Shown here piece after piece: positions 17,942-25,389 of a stretch of DNA of 64,000 nucleotides. The notes beneath the pieces were generated by a model. It searched no databases, had not been told where the DNA came from, and saw nothing but the letters and a program-made list of their open reading frames with translations. The position numbers were made by a program, and so were the translations under genes. The first letter of the stretch is position 1. Each line of letters opens with the position of its first letter. The DNA is from Collinsella sp. (lineage in GTDB: Bacteria > Actinomycetota > Coriobacteriia > Coriobacteriales > Coriobacteriaceae). The stretch covers positions 15,637 to 79,636 of the forward strand of contig DBGDSC010000041.1 in the NCBI GenBank assembly GCA_048402045.1, given 5' to 3'.

Positions 17942-18499
17942 CTAACGGCCCAGCATCCTAAAGAACCGCTCCTCGAGCGCGGGATCGGTCTCAAAGACGC
18001 CGCGGCGAGCGAGCGTCACGGTCTTGGTGCCAGGCTTTTGCACGCCGCGCATGGTCATGCACATATGCTCAGCCTCCATGAGCACAATCGCTCCCTGGGG
18101 AGCGAGATAATCCATGAGGGCGTCGGCAACCTGCGCACACAGCTGCTCCTGCAGCTGCAGACGACGGGCATAGACTTCAACCGTGCGAGCGAGCTTAGAC
18201 AGACCCGCCACGCGACCGTTAGGGATATAGCCGATCGCAGCCTTGCCATAAAACGGCAGCAGATGGTGCTCGCACAGCGAGTAAAACGTAATGTCGCGCT
18301 CGATAACCAAGTCGTTCGAGGCGACGGCAAAGGTTTTGGACAGGTGCTCCTCGGCACTCTGGTCCATACCGCCGGCGATCTCACCATACATACGGGCAAC
18401 GCGCGCCGGGGTCTCCAGCAGGCCCTCACGAGTTGGGTCCTCGCCTATGCCCTCAAGCAACAGTTTAATGGCGGCCTCGACTTTTTCCTGATCGACCAT
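17942..18499 (-). CDS. folE: GTP cyclohydrolase I
   Basis: Motifs [40 protein letters not shown] and QLQEQL. Confidence 0.9.
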   Translation of the reverse strand: MVDQEKVEAAIKLLLEGIGEDPTREGLLETPARVARMYGEIAGGMDQSAEEHLSKTFAVASNDLVIERDITFYSLCEHHLLPFYGKAAIGYIPNGRVAGLSKLARTVEVYARRLQLQEQLCAQVADALMDYLAPQGAIVLMEAEHMCMTMRGVQKPGTKTVTLARRGVFETDPALEERFFRMLGR

Positions 18500-18565
18500 C
18501 TGGGCCTCACTTTTCCGATTTCACGTTCGCACTATGGTACCACGCTCTTCGGCATCGACCACAAG

Positions 18566-19147
18566 CTACATAGTATGGGTCGAATAGACCGGATCATCAC
18601 GCCAAAGTTCAACCGCATCACAAAGCGCAACGCCCTCGCGCTCAGCACGGGCGCGCGTGGCGTTCATATCGATCACGCGCTGGTTACTCGAGCCCCTAAA
18701 GCGCAATGAGATATCGTACAGATCCTGAACAAACGGGCCATCCACCAACATATCGAGGCAGGCAAGGATACGGTCCGTCGCCTCGGTATGGTGACGACCA
18801 CCCGGCATAAGCTCCTCGAGCACGTCGCCGGTAAAACACCAAATGGTCTTGCCCGACCCCGCAGGATAGGCCGCACGCACGCGTTCGATAAAGTCAACAA
18901 GCCCTGCCTGATTCTCGGGCTCCATGGGCTCGCCACCCAGAATCGTCAGGCCATCGCTAAAGGGATGGTCGAGACTCTCGATAATCTTATCCTCGACGGC
19001 GCGATCGAACGGCTCGCCCGCAGCAAAGTCCCACGCGACAGAGTTAAAGCAGTTCTTGCACCCACGACGGCACCCACTCACAAACAGAGAAGTACGAACG
19101 CCTTCTCCATCAGCAATATCGAAATACTTAATGTTCGCGTAGTTCAT
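18566..19147 (-). CDS. nrdG: Anaerobic ribonucleoside-triphosphate reductase activating protein (radical SAM)
   Basis: MNYANIKYFDIADGEGVRTSLFVSGCRRGCKNCFN (CX3CX2C). ATG at 19147. Confidence 0.85.
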   Translation of the reverse strand: MNYANIKYFDIADGEGVRTSLFVSGCRRGCKNCFNSVAWDFAAGEPFDRAVEDKIIESLDHPFSDGLTILGGEPMEPENQAGLVDFIERVRAAYPAGSGKTIWCFTGDVLEELMPGGRHHTEATDRILACLDMLVDGPFVQDLYDISLRFRGSSNQRVIDMNATRARAEREGVALCDAVELWRDDPVYSTHTM

Positions 19148-19162
19148 AGGTAACTCTCCCGG

Positions 19163-19246
19163 GAGGCCGGGACATATCATCCCGTCCTCAAACATTCTCG
19201 GCCTTCGGCCTGCGAAACTGCGGGCGGGACGATATGTCCCGGCCTC
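19163..19246. repeat. 84-nt nested palindrome in the nrdD-nrdG spacer
   Basis: The 22-nt arms GAGGCCGGGACATATCATCCCG (19163-19184) and CGGGACGATATGTCCCGGCCTC (19225-19246) have 1 mismatch. Central small hairpin GGCCTTCGGCC. Confidence 0.7.
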
Positions 19247-19424
19247 ATGCAAAGGGTAACTCAATGAACGAAGCGAACATCGAGTATAGGGTTCGAGGTC
19301 CAATAAAAACTTTGTTGCAGCTCAACCGCCATCGCAAGTAAATCGCAGCTGCAGCTCAAATTATTTCCGCTAAGAACTTCGAGGAGTGAGCAGGCCTCAT
19401 GCTGCATCTCAGCTACGTCAACTT

Positions 19425-19562
19425 GGCCGCCCCGTAGCGAGGCCCCGGACCTTTGCTCGATATGAGTTCCGCACGAACAGGAGGCGCCAGTGGCGCCTCC
19501 GTCGTGAGCCAGGACTGTCCGAAATAGCGAGTAAAGGTCCGGGGCCTCGCTACGGGGCGGCC
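19425..19562. repeat. 138-nt nested palindrome in the nrdD-nrdG spacer
   Basis: The 35-nt arms 19425-19459 and 19528-19562 are complementary with 1 mismatch. Inner perfect hairpin GGAGGCGCCA-GT-GGCGCCTCC. Confidence 0.75.
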
Positions 19563-19573
19563 TGGGATGGTTA

Positions 19574-21796
19574 TTAGAGATGCAGCACGCGGTCGCGGAT
19601 CTCCTCGGTTCGGCCCTGGTTCCAGAACTGGGTACCGATGTAACCGCACGTGCGACGGGCGACATTCATCTTCTCCTGGTCACGATTGCCGCAGTTGGGG
19701 CACTCCCACACCAGTTTGCCGTCATCCTCGACAATCTTGATCTCACCGTCGTAGCCGCACACCTGGCAATAATCGCTCTTGGTGTTGAGCTCGGCGTACA
19801 TGATGTTGTCGTAGATGTACTGCATCACGCGAATGACAGCCTTGAGGTTGTCCTGCATGTTGGGAACCTCGACGTAGGAGATGGCACCGCCCGGCGAAAG
19901 CTGCTGGAACATACCCTCGAACTTGAGCTTGTCGAATGCGTCGATCTCCTCGGACACGTGGACGTGGTAGCTGTTGGTGATGTAGCCCTTGTCCGTCACG
20001 CCCGGGATGATGCCAAAACGACGCTGCAGGCACTTGGCGAACTTGTAGGTCGTCGACTCAAGCGGGGTACCGTACAGCGAGAAGTCAATATCGCTTTCGG
20101 CCTTCCACTCCGCGCACTTGTCGTTCATGCGCTGCATGACGGCCATGGCAAAGGGCGTGCCCTCCTTCTCGGTGTGGCTGTGGCCCGTCATGTACTTGAC
20201 GCACTCATACAGGCCGGCATAACCCAGACTAATGGTGGAGTAACCGCCCACGAGCAGCTTGTCGATCGTCTCGCCCTTCTTCAGGCGGGCGAGGGCACCG
20301 TACTGCCAAAGAATCGGTGCGGCATCCGAAAGCGTACCCATCAGACGCTCATGACGGCACAGCAGGGCGCGGTGGCACAGCTCAAGGCGCTCGTCGAAGA
20401 TCTTCCAGAACTTATCCATGTCCTGATGCGAGCTCAGCGCGACATCGGGCAGGTTGATGGTCACAACGCCCTGGTTAAAGCGACCGTAGTACTTGGGCTT
20501 GTTCGGGTCATAGTTCAGCGCGTTGGCCACGTTGTTAAATCCGTTACCGGAGCGGTCGGGCGTCAGGAAGCTGCGGCAACCCATGCAGGTATAGCAGTCG
20601 CCGTTGCCCGCGGTCTCGCCCTTCGACAGCTTGAGCTCGCGCATCTTCTTCTCGGAGATGTAGTCGGGCACCATGCGCTTGGCGGTGCACTTCGCAGCCA
20701 GCTGAGTCAGGTAGAAGTACGGGGAATCCTCGTGAACGTTATCGTCCTCGAGCACGTAGATGAGCTTGGGGAACGCCGGGGTGATCCACACGCCGGCTTC
20801 GTTCTTAACGCCCTCATAGCGCTGACGAAGCGTCTCCTCCACGATCATGGCAAGGTCGTGCTTCTCCTGGGGCGTACGGGCCTCATTGAGATACATAAAG
20901 ACCGTCACGAACGGCGCCTGGCCATTCGTGGTCATAAGGGTCACGACCTGATACTGAATCGTCTGAACGCCGCGGCGGATCTCGTCACGCAGGCGGTCCT
21001 CAACAACCTCGCGGACCTTTTCGGGAGATGCGGAAACGCCGAGCTCCTCGAGCTCGCGGGCGACCTCGCCGCGAATCTTTTGACGGCTCACCTCAACAAA
21101 CGGAGCAAGATGGGTCAGCGAAATCGACTGGCCACCGTACTGGGAGGAAGCAACCTGAGCGATGATCTGCGTCGCGATGTTGCAGGCAGTCGAGAAGCTG
21201 TGCGGCTTCTCGATCAGCGTGCCCGAAATAACAGTACCGTTCTGGAGCATATCCTCCAGGTTCACCAGGTCACAGTTATGCATGTGCTGGGCAAAGTAGT
21301 CCGAATCATGGAAGTGAATCAGACCCTCATTGTGAGCATCCACAATCTCCTGGGGCAGCAGCACACGCTGGGTCAGGTCCTTGGAAATCTCGCCGGCCAT
21401 ATAGTCGCGCTGAACGGAGTTGACGGTCGGGTTCTTGTTGGAGTTCTCCTGCTTGACCTCTTCGTTATTGCACTCAATCAACGACAGGATCTTGTCATCG
21501 GTCGTGTTCTTCTGGCGCTTCAGGCTCTGAACATAGCGATAGATGATGTAGTGGCGGGCAACCTCGTAGCAGTCGAGACGCATGATCTCGTCCTCGACCA
21601 AATCCTGGATCTCCTCGACCGAAACGGTGTGGCCCGCGTTCTCGCATGCCTCGGCGACGTTTTGCGCCGCATAAACCACCTGGCGGTCGGTTAGACGAGA
21701 GCTCTCCTCGACCTCCAAGTTGGCGGCGCGGATGGCATTGACGATCTTATCGATGTCAAAGACAACCTCGGTGCCGCTGCGCTTGATGATCTTCAT
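19574..21796 (-). CDS. nrdD: Anaerobic ribonucleoside-triphosphate reductase (class III)
   Basis: ATP-cone N-terminus MKIIKRSGTEVVFDIDKI. C-terminal Zn ribbon CQVCGY...CPNCG and glycyl-radical motif RRTCGYIG. ATG at 21796. Double stop TAATAA. Confidence 0.95.
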   Translation of the reverse strand: MKIIKRSGTEVVFDIDKIVNAIRAANLEVEESSRLTDRQVVYAAQNVAEACENAGHTVSVEEIQDLVEDEIMRLDCYEVARHYIIYRYVQSLKRQKNTTDDKILSLIECNNEEVKQENSNKNPTVNSVQRDYMAGEISKDLTQRVLLPQEIVDAHNEGLIHFHDSDYFAQHMHNCDLVNLEDMLQNGTVISGTLIEKPHSFSTACNIATQIIAQVASSQYGGQSISLTHLAPFVEVSRQKIRGEVARELEELGVSASPEKVREVVEDRLRDEIRRGVQTIQYQVVTLMTTNGQAPFVTVFMYLNEARTPQEKHDLAMIVEETLRQRYEGVKNEAGVWITPAFPKLIYVLEDDNVHEDSPYFYLTQLAAKCTAKRMVPDYISEKKMRELKLSKGETAGNGDCYTCMGCRSFLTPDRSGNGFNNVANALNYDPNKPKYYGRFNQGVVTINLPDVALSSHQDMDKFWKIFDERLELCHRALLCRHERLMGTLSDAAPILWQYGALARLKKGETIDKLLVGGYSTISLGYAGLYECVKYMTGHSHTEKEGTPFAMAVMQRMNDKCAEWKAESDIDFSLYGTPLESTTYKFAKCLQRRFGIIPGVTDKGYITNSYHVHVSEEIDAFDKLKFEGMFQQLSPGGAISYVEVPNMQDNLKAVIRVMQYIYDNIMYAELNTKSDYCQVCGYDGEIKIVEDDGKLVWECPNCGNRDQEKMNVARRTCGYIGTQFWNQGRTEEIRDRVLHL

Positions 21797-22018
21797 CCTC
21801 TTGCCTCTTTCGCGTCGTAGCCTCATTGCGCTTCAGAGCCAAACGATGCCCGGCAGGGCTTGCCCCTGTCTTGCGGCGCCGTCGCGCAATCTGTGTTCTC
21901 GATAAACCATAAGCCTCCATGCGGACATTCCCTAGAGCCAATCAAGCGGCTCAAGGACACGTTCGAAAGAGGCAGTTAAGGTCTTCGTTCTCTGTCCGCC
22001 ATCTATCATACGACAAAG

Positions 22019-22069
22019 ACACATCTATATCCTGTATTCTTTTTTTAGTTCAAACACAACATATAGTGT
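22019..22069. promoter_or_regulatory. Candidate NrdR boxes upstream of nrdD
   Basis: ACACAACATATAGTGT (22054-22069) matches the NrdR consensus acaCwAtATaTwGtgt at 15/16 positions. A degenerate second box, ACACATCTATATCCTGT, lies at 22019-22035. They flank a possible promoter, TTGAAC-18-TATAGA, on the minus strand. Confidence 0.5.
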
Positions 22070-22383
22070 TTCAGCAGGTCAAAGCAATTGGTCATTTTCC
22101 AGACGCATTAATTATGAGGGGTTCTTGGCAAGTCGGTAAAACGTTACCAACACGGCTACCTGCATGGCAGTTATAAAACCCCCTTAGTCAAGCCGCTGAC
22201 AAATCCTACCAAAACCAAGCCGCTCACGCCAAAAGAATCCAAAAGATTGTGCTTGACCAACATGTTGCGGTCACGATCGGCTAGGACATATGCAATCTGC
22301 CGGCACCTCTACGGGATGCGAAGACCATCGCGTACAGACCTTGGATCAATATTTGGTGGCTTATTTGGCGGCGTTCTTGGTGG

Positions 22384-22421
22384 CAAAACAAAACAGCCCA
22401 GAGGACATAGCCTCTGAGCTG
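22384..22421 (-). terminator. Rho-independent terminator after tRNA-Val
   Basis: CAGCCCAGAGG (22394-22404) pairs with CCTCTGAGCTG (22411-22421). TTTTGTTTTG follows on the minus strand. Confidence 0.65.
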
Positions 22422-22429
22422 CGAACATT

Positions 22430-22504
22430 TGGTGGGCGTTAGAAGATTTGAACTTCTGACCTCTTCCGTGTCAGGGAAGCGCTCTCCCCCTGAGCTAAAC
22501 GCCC
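22430..22504 (-). tRNA. tRNA-Val (anticodon GAC)
   Basis: I folded the cloverleaf by hand. Acceptor GGGCGTT/AACGCCC, anticodon loop CTGACAC, T-loop TTCAAAT, encoded CCA. Confidence 0.9.
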
Positions 22505-22507
22505 AAA

Positions 22508-22583
22508 TGGAGCGGACAACGGGGCTCGAACCCGCGACCCCAACCTTGGCAAGGTTGTGCTCTACCAACTGAGCCATGTCCGC
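22508..22583 (-). tRNA. tRNA-Gly (anticodon GCC), copy 1
   Basis: Acceptor GCGGACA/TGTCCGC, anticodon loop TTGCCAA, T-arm GCGGGTTCGAGCCCCGT, encoded CCA. Confidence 0.9.
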
Positions 22584-22595
22584 CTGCGAGGATTT

Positions 22596-22650
22596 AATAT
22601 ACGGGATGATCCACCCAAATGCAAGAACTTTTTTTGAAAAGTTTTGCGAC
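22596..22650 (-). promoter_or_regulatory. Candidate tRNA-Gly/Val promoter with upstream A/T palindrome
   Basis: Minus strand reads AACTTTTCAAAAAAAGTT, then TTGCAT (-35, 22619-22624), a 17-nt spacer, then TATATT (-10, 22596-22601). The -10 lies 12 nt from the tRNA 5' end. Confidence 0.5.
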
Positions 22651-22725
22651 GCCCTCGCGAACCTCGCGAAGACATCAGCCACCACGGAAGGTGTAGGCAA
22701 ACGCAAGCTCGCCGCAAGAGGCCCC

Positions 22726-24459
22726 CTACAACTCAGCGAGCATGATCCAGGCAGAGCTGTCCTGCGCGAGCCTGCCATCTGCAAGCGGTGATGAGGTGAG
22801 CAGGACCCTACCCGCCGGCAGCTCCACGGGTGCTGCACCGAAGTTCGTCACACACGCCCAGCCGTTGTCGCGGCGATAGGCGATGACGCCGCCCTCAGCG
22901 CCCTCGGCACCATCCGCAAGGCCGGTGCACCCGTCAAGATCGAGCCACGCAAGATCGTTGGCGCACCCGCGCAGCTTGCGCCGCAGCCAGAGGGCGTCGC
23001 GATAGAACGCAAGCATCGATGCCGGGTCCGCTTCTTCCCTATCGGCAGCGTAATCGGAAAACCATGCAGGCTGTGGCAGATGGGGCGCCGCATCGGCGTC
23101 CGCCGGTGAAAACCCAAACGATCCGCCCTGCGCGGGATCGTCCGCTGCCACCCACGGCAGGGGCACACGACAGCCGTCGCGCCCCTTCTCGCGCTTCGGT
23201 CCGTGCGTATTGGTCGCAGTGGGATCTTCGAGTGCAGCCCACGGGATGTCAGCCACCTCAAAAAGGCCGAGCTCCTCACCCTGATACACGTATGCCGAGC
23301 CCGGAAGCGCCAACTCAAGCAAAAGGGCTGCCCGCGCGCGGCGCTCGCCGAGTTCACGGTCCTCGTCATAAGACGACCCGTCGCGTAAGAGCCAGTCGAG
23401 CGCAATCTGATGGTAGCGCGTCGCCTTGATTTGCGGCAGGGCATAGCGTGTCGCCACGCGCGGCACGTCGTGGTTGGAGAGCACCCAGGTCGAGGCGGAA
23501 TCGGATTCGATAGCTGCCTTCAAGCCCTCCTCGATTGCAGCGTGCATGTCATCATAGGTCCAAGTGGCCTTGGCGAACTCAAAGTTGAATGTCTGGCCAA
23601 GCTCGCTGGGGAGCGCGTAGAGATACTGGCGCTCGGGCAGCACCCACGCCTCGGCAACGGCGCTGCGCGGCGGATTATAGCTGTCGAACACGCGGCGCCA
23701 CTCACGATAGATCTCGTGGACCTCGTTGCGGTCCCACAGCGGATGGGTGCCGTCGTCAACCATGTCATCGCCCTCGGCGAGATGCCACCGGTCGAGGTCA
23801 TCGCGGTCGAGATCTTTGGCGAGACCCTGCGCCACATCAATGCGAAAGCCGTCGACGCCTCGATCGCTCCAAAACGCCAGGACGTCGCAAAAGAGCGCGT
23901 GAACCTCAGGGCATGACCAGTCAAAGTCCGGCTGCTCGGGCGTAAACATGTGCAGATACCACTGACCGTCCGCAACACGCGTCCATGCGGGACCGCCAAA
24001 GTTGGCATTCCAATTGGTGGGAGGCAGCTCGCCATGCTCGCCGCGACCATCGCGGAAGATATAACGGGCGCGTTCGGGCGATCCGGGGCCGGCGGCAAGA
24101 GCGGCTTTGAACCAGGGGTGCTGGTTGGATGAATGGTTGGGCACGATGTCGACGATGACCTTGATGCCGCGCGCGTGAGCCGCAGCGATCATGTCATCGA
24201 AGTCGTCAAGCGAGCCGAGACGTGGGTCGACATCGCAGTAGTCCGCCACATCATAGCCGCCATCGACAAGAGGCGAAGGGTAAAACGGGCTCAGCCAGAT
24301 GGCCTCGATACCCAGCCGCTCAAGATAGTCCATCTGCTGGGTAATGCCCGCGATATCGCCCAGACCCGAACCAGTCGAATCCTTAAACGAGCGCGGGTAG
24401 ATCTGATAGATCGCGGCATCGGACATCCATGAGCGCGAAGAAGATTTTTCTGTAGCCAT
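22726..24459 (-). CDS. GH13 alpha-glucosidase / oligo-1,6-glucosidase
   Basis: Motifs IYQIYPRSF, DIVPNHSS, GVDGFRIDVA, EAWV and LSNHDVPR. ATG at 24459 after AGGGAGA. The longer ORF-track version reads through non-coding DNA. Confidence 0.85.
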   Translation of the reverse strand: MATEKSSSRSWMSDAAIYQIYPRSFKDSTGSGLGDIAGITQQMDYLERLGIEAIWLSPFYPSPLVDGGYDVADYCDVDPRLGSLDDFDDMIAAAHARGIKVIVDIVPNHSSNQHPWFKAALAAGPGSPERARYIFRDGRGEHGELPPTNWNANFGGPAWTRVADGQWYLHMFTPEQPDFDWSCPEVHALFCDVLAFWSDRGVDGFRIDVAQGLAKDLDRDDLDRWHLAEGDDMVDDGTHPLWDRNEVHEIYREWRRVFDSYNPPRSAVAEAWVLPERQYLYALPSELGQTFNFEFAKATWTYDDMHAAIEEGLKAAIESDSASTWVLSNHDVPRVATRYALPQIKATRYHQIALDWLLRDGSSYDEDRELGERRARAALLLELALPGSAYVYQGEELGLFEVADIPWAALEDPTATNTHGPKREKGRDGCRVPLPWVAADDPAQGGSFGFSPADADAAPHLPQPAWFSDYAADREEADPASMLAFYRDALWLRRKLRGCANDLAWLDLDGCTGLADGAEGAEGGVIAYRRDNGWACVTNFGAAPVELPAGRVLLTSSPLADGRLAQDSSAWIMLAEL

Positions 24460-24649
24460 GGGGCGTATCTCCCTTGCAACGAGGTTATGCGAGATGCCCA
24501 CGATGATACGCCCAAAGCGGACATTCGCGACAAACAACGCCACAGCCACGCCCCAAAACGATCGCCCCCTCTCGGGTTCAAGCCTCCTGGGACGAATCGA
24601 CCGATTAATGAAAAGAACGGAAGACCCACTTTCCCGGCCACGACAGCGA

Positions 24650-24749
24650 GCGGGCTCCGGGTGCCCCAGGTTGCCGCGAAAGAGGAGGGAAGCGTACTTT
24701 ATGTACGCGACCGACGATTGAGGGGCAAGATGGGGTGCCCGGGGCCCGC
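24650..24749 (+). repeat. 100-nt extended imperfect hairpin in the alpha-glucosidase upstream region
   Basis: 19 bp between 24650-24668 and 24731-24749, including three G-U pairs that exist only on the plus-strand RNA. Inner helices TTGCC/GGCAA and GCGTAC-TTTAT-GTACGC. Confidence 0.5.
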
Positions 24750-24759
24750 GCAGCGTCAA

Positions 24760-24787
24760 CAAAAAACGCGGTTCGTTAGAACCGCGT
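24760..24787 (-). terminator. Rho-independent terminator immediately after the tRNA-Gly 3' fragment
   Basis: ACGCGGTTC (24766-24774) pairs with GAACCGCGT (24779-24787). TTTTTT follows on the minus strand. Confidence 0.7.
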
Positions 24788-24795
24788 AAGATAGC

Positions 24796-24813
24796 TGGAG
24801 CGGACAACGGGGC
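24796..24813 (-). pseudogene. Orphan 18-nt 3' fragment of tRNA-Gly(GCC), from mid T-loop to CCA
   Basis: tggagcggacaacggggc is identical to the last 18 nt of the three full tRNA-Gly copies. Identity stops inside the T-loop. Confidence 0.7.
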
Positions 24814-24942
24814 GTCCGCGTATCCGCTTCGCGGATCCGCACCGGCTTCGGCCGCCTGCCGGCGACCTCGCCAGCTCGCTACAAACGCTCCGCGTTTGCT
24901 TAACGCTCGCTCCCTCTCGGGTTCGAGCCCAGGCGATGGGTA

Positions 24943-24974
24943 CAAAAAAGCCCGGCTACCGTGGTAGTCGGGCT
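24943..24974 (-). terminator. Rho-independent terminator after tRNA-Gly copy 2
   Basis: AGCCCGGCTACC (24949-24960) pairs with GGTAGTCGGGCT (24963-24974). TTTTTTG follows on the minus strand. Confidence 0.7.
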
Positions 24975-24982
24975 ATTACACT

Positions 24983-25058
24983 TGGAGCGGACAACGGGGC
25001 TCGAACCCGCGACCCCAACCTTGGCAAGGTTGTGCTCTACCAACTGAGCCATGTCCGC
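24983..25058 (-). tRNA. tRNA-Gly (anticodon GCC), copy 2
   Basis: 76/76 nt identical to 22508-22583. Confidence 0.9.
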
Positions 25059-25064
25059 ATATGT

Positions 25065-25090
25065 AAAACAAAACGGGCGCCGGAGCGCCC
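25065..25090 (-). terminator. Rho-independent terminator after tRNA-Cys
   Basis: GGGCGC pairs with GCGCCC around a CGGA loop. GTTTTGTTTT follows on the minus strand. Confidence 0.65.
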
Positions 25091-25100
25091 GGATGTTGCC

Positions 25101-25174
25101 TGGAGGCGAAGCCCGGATTCGAACCGGGGGTAAAGGCTTTGCAGGCCTCTGCCTTACCACTTGGCCACTTCGCC
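25101..25174 (-). tRNA. tRNA-Cys (anticodon GCA)
   Basis: Acceptor GGCGAAG/CTTCGCC, anticodon loop CTGCAAA, T-arm CCCGGTTCGAATCCGGG, encoded CCA. Confidence 0.9.
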
Positions 25175-25198
25175 GAAAAAGGACCGCCTAAACGGTCC
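25175..25198 (-). terminator. Rho-independent terminator after tRNA-Gly copy 3
   Basis: GGACCG (25181-25186) pairs with CGGTCC (25193-25198). TTTTTC follows on the minus strand. Confidence 0.6.
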
Positions 25199-25208
25199 GG
25201 AAATGCAA

Positions 25209-25284
25209 TGGAGCGGACAACGGGGCTCGAACCCGCGACCCCAACCTTGGCAAGGTTGTGCTCTACCAACTGAGCCATGTCCGC
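25209..25284 (-). tRNA. tRNA-Gly (anticodon GCC), copy 3
   Basis: 76/76 nt identical to the other two copies. Confidence 0.9.
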
Positions 25285-25296
25285 TTGCGGGTTATT

Positions 25297-25350
25297 AATT
25301 TACGCGAGTTGTCCAAAAGACGCAAGTACTTTTTTCAAAAAACTTGTCTG
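25297..25350 (-). promoter_or_regulatory. Candidate tRNA-Gly promoter with upstream A/T palindrome
   Basis: Minus strand reads AGTTTTTTGAAAAAAGT, then TTGCGT (-35, 25320-25325), a 17-nt spacer, then TAAATT (-10, 25297-25302). Confidence 0.5.
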
Positions 25351-25389
25351 CCGCATGTTCTTAATAGCCAAACGCGCTAAAGCGATTGG

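Noticed and set aside
24640-24760. SRP RNA or RNase P RNA, suggested by GGGCUCC, GGGUGCC and CAGGU strings
   Set aside because: The conserved SRP domain IV (GGAA tetraloop with flanking AGCA/AGG loops) and the RNase P P4 strands (GAGGAAAGUCC / ACAGAACCCGGCUUA) are absent.
24567-24931. Repeated motif of about 27 nt, AACGNTCGCNCCCTCTCGGGTTCRAGCC, at about 24558-24584 and 24903-24929, which looks like a tRNA T-arm on the plus strand
   Set aside because: The flanking bases do not form a T-stem or any cloverleaf, so there is no tRNA or tmRNA here. It may be debris related to the tRNA-Gly scar, but I cannot support a feature call.
22281-25278. ORFs 22281..22838, the N-terminal 162 aa of 22726..24945, 24900..25160 and 24976..25278
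   Set aside because: They read through tRNA genes and terminators. The repeated peptide MAQLVEHNLAKVGVAGSSPVVRS is simply tRNA-Gly translated. The real alpha-glucosidase start is the RBS-preceded ATG at 24459.
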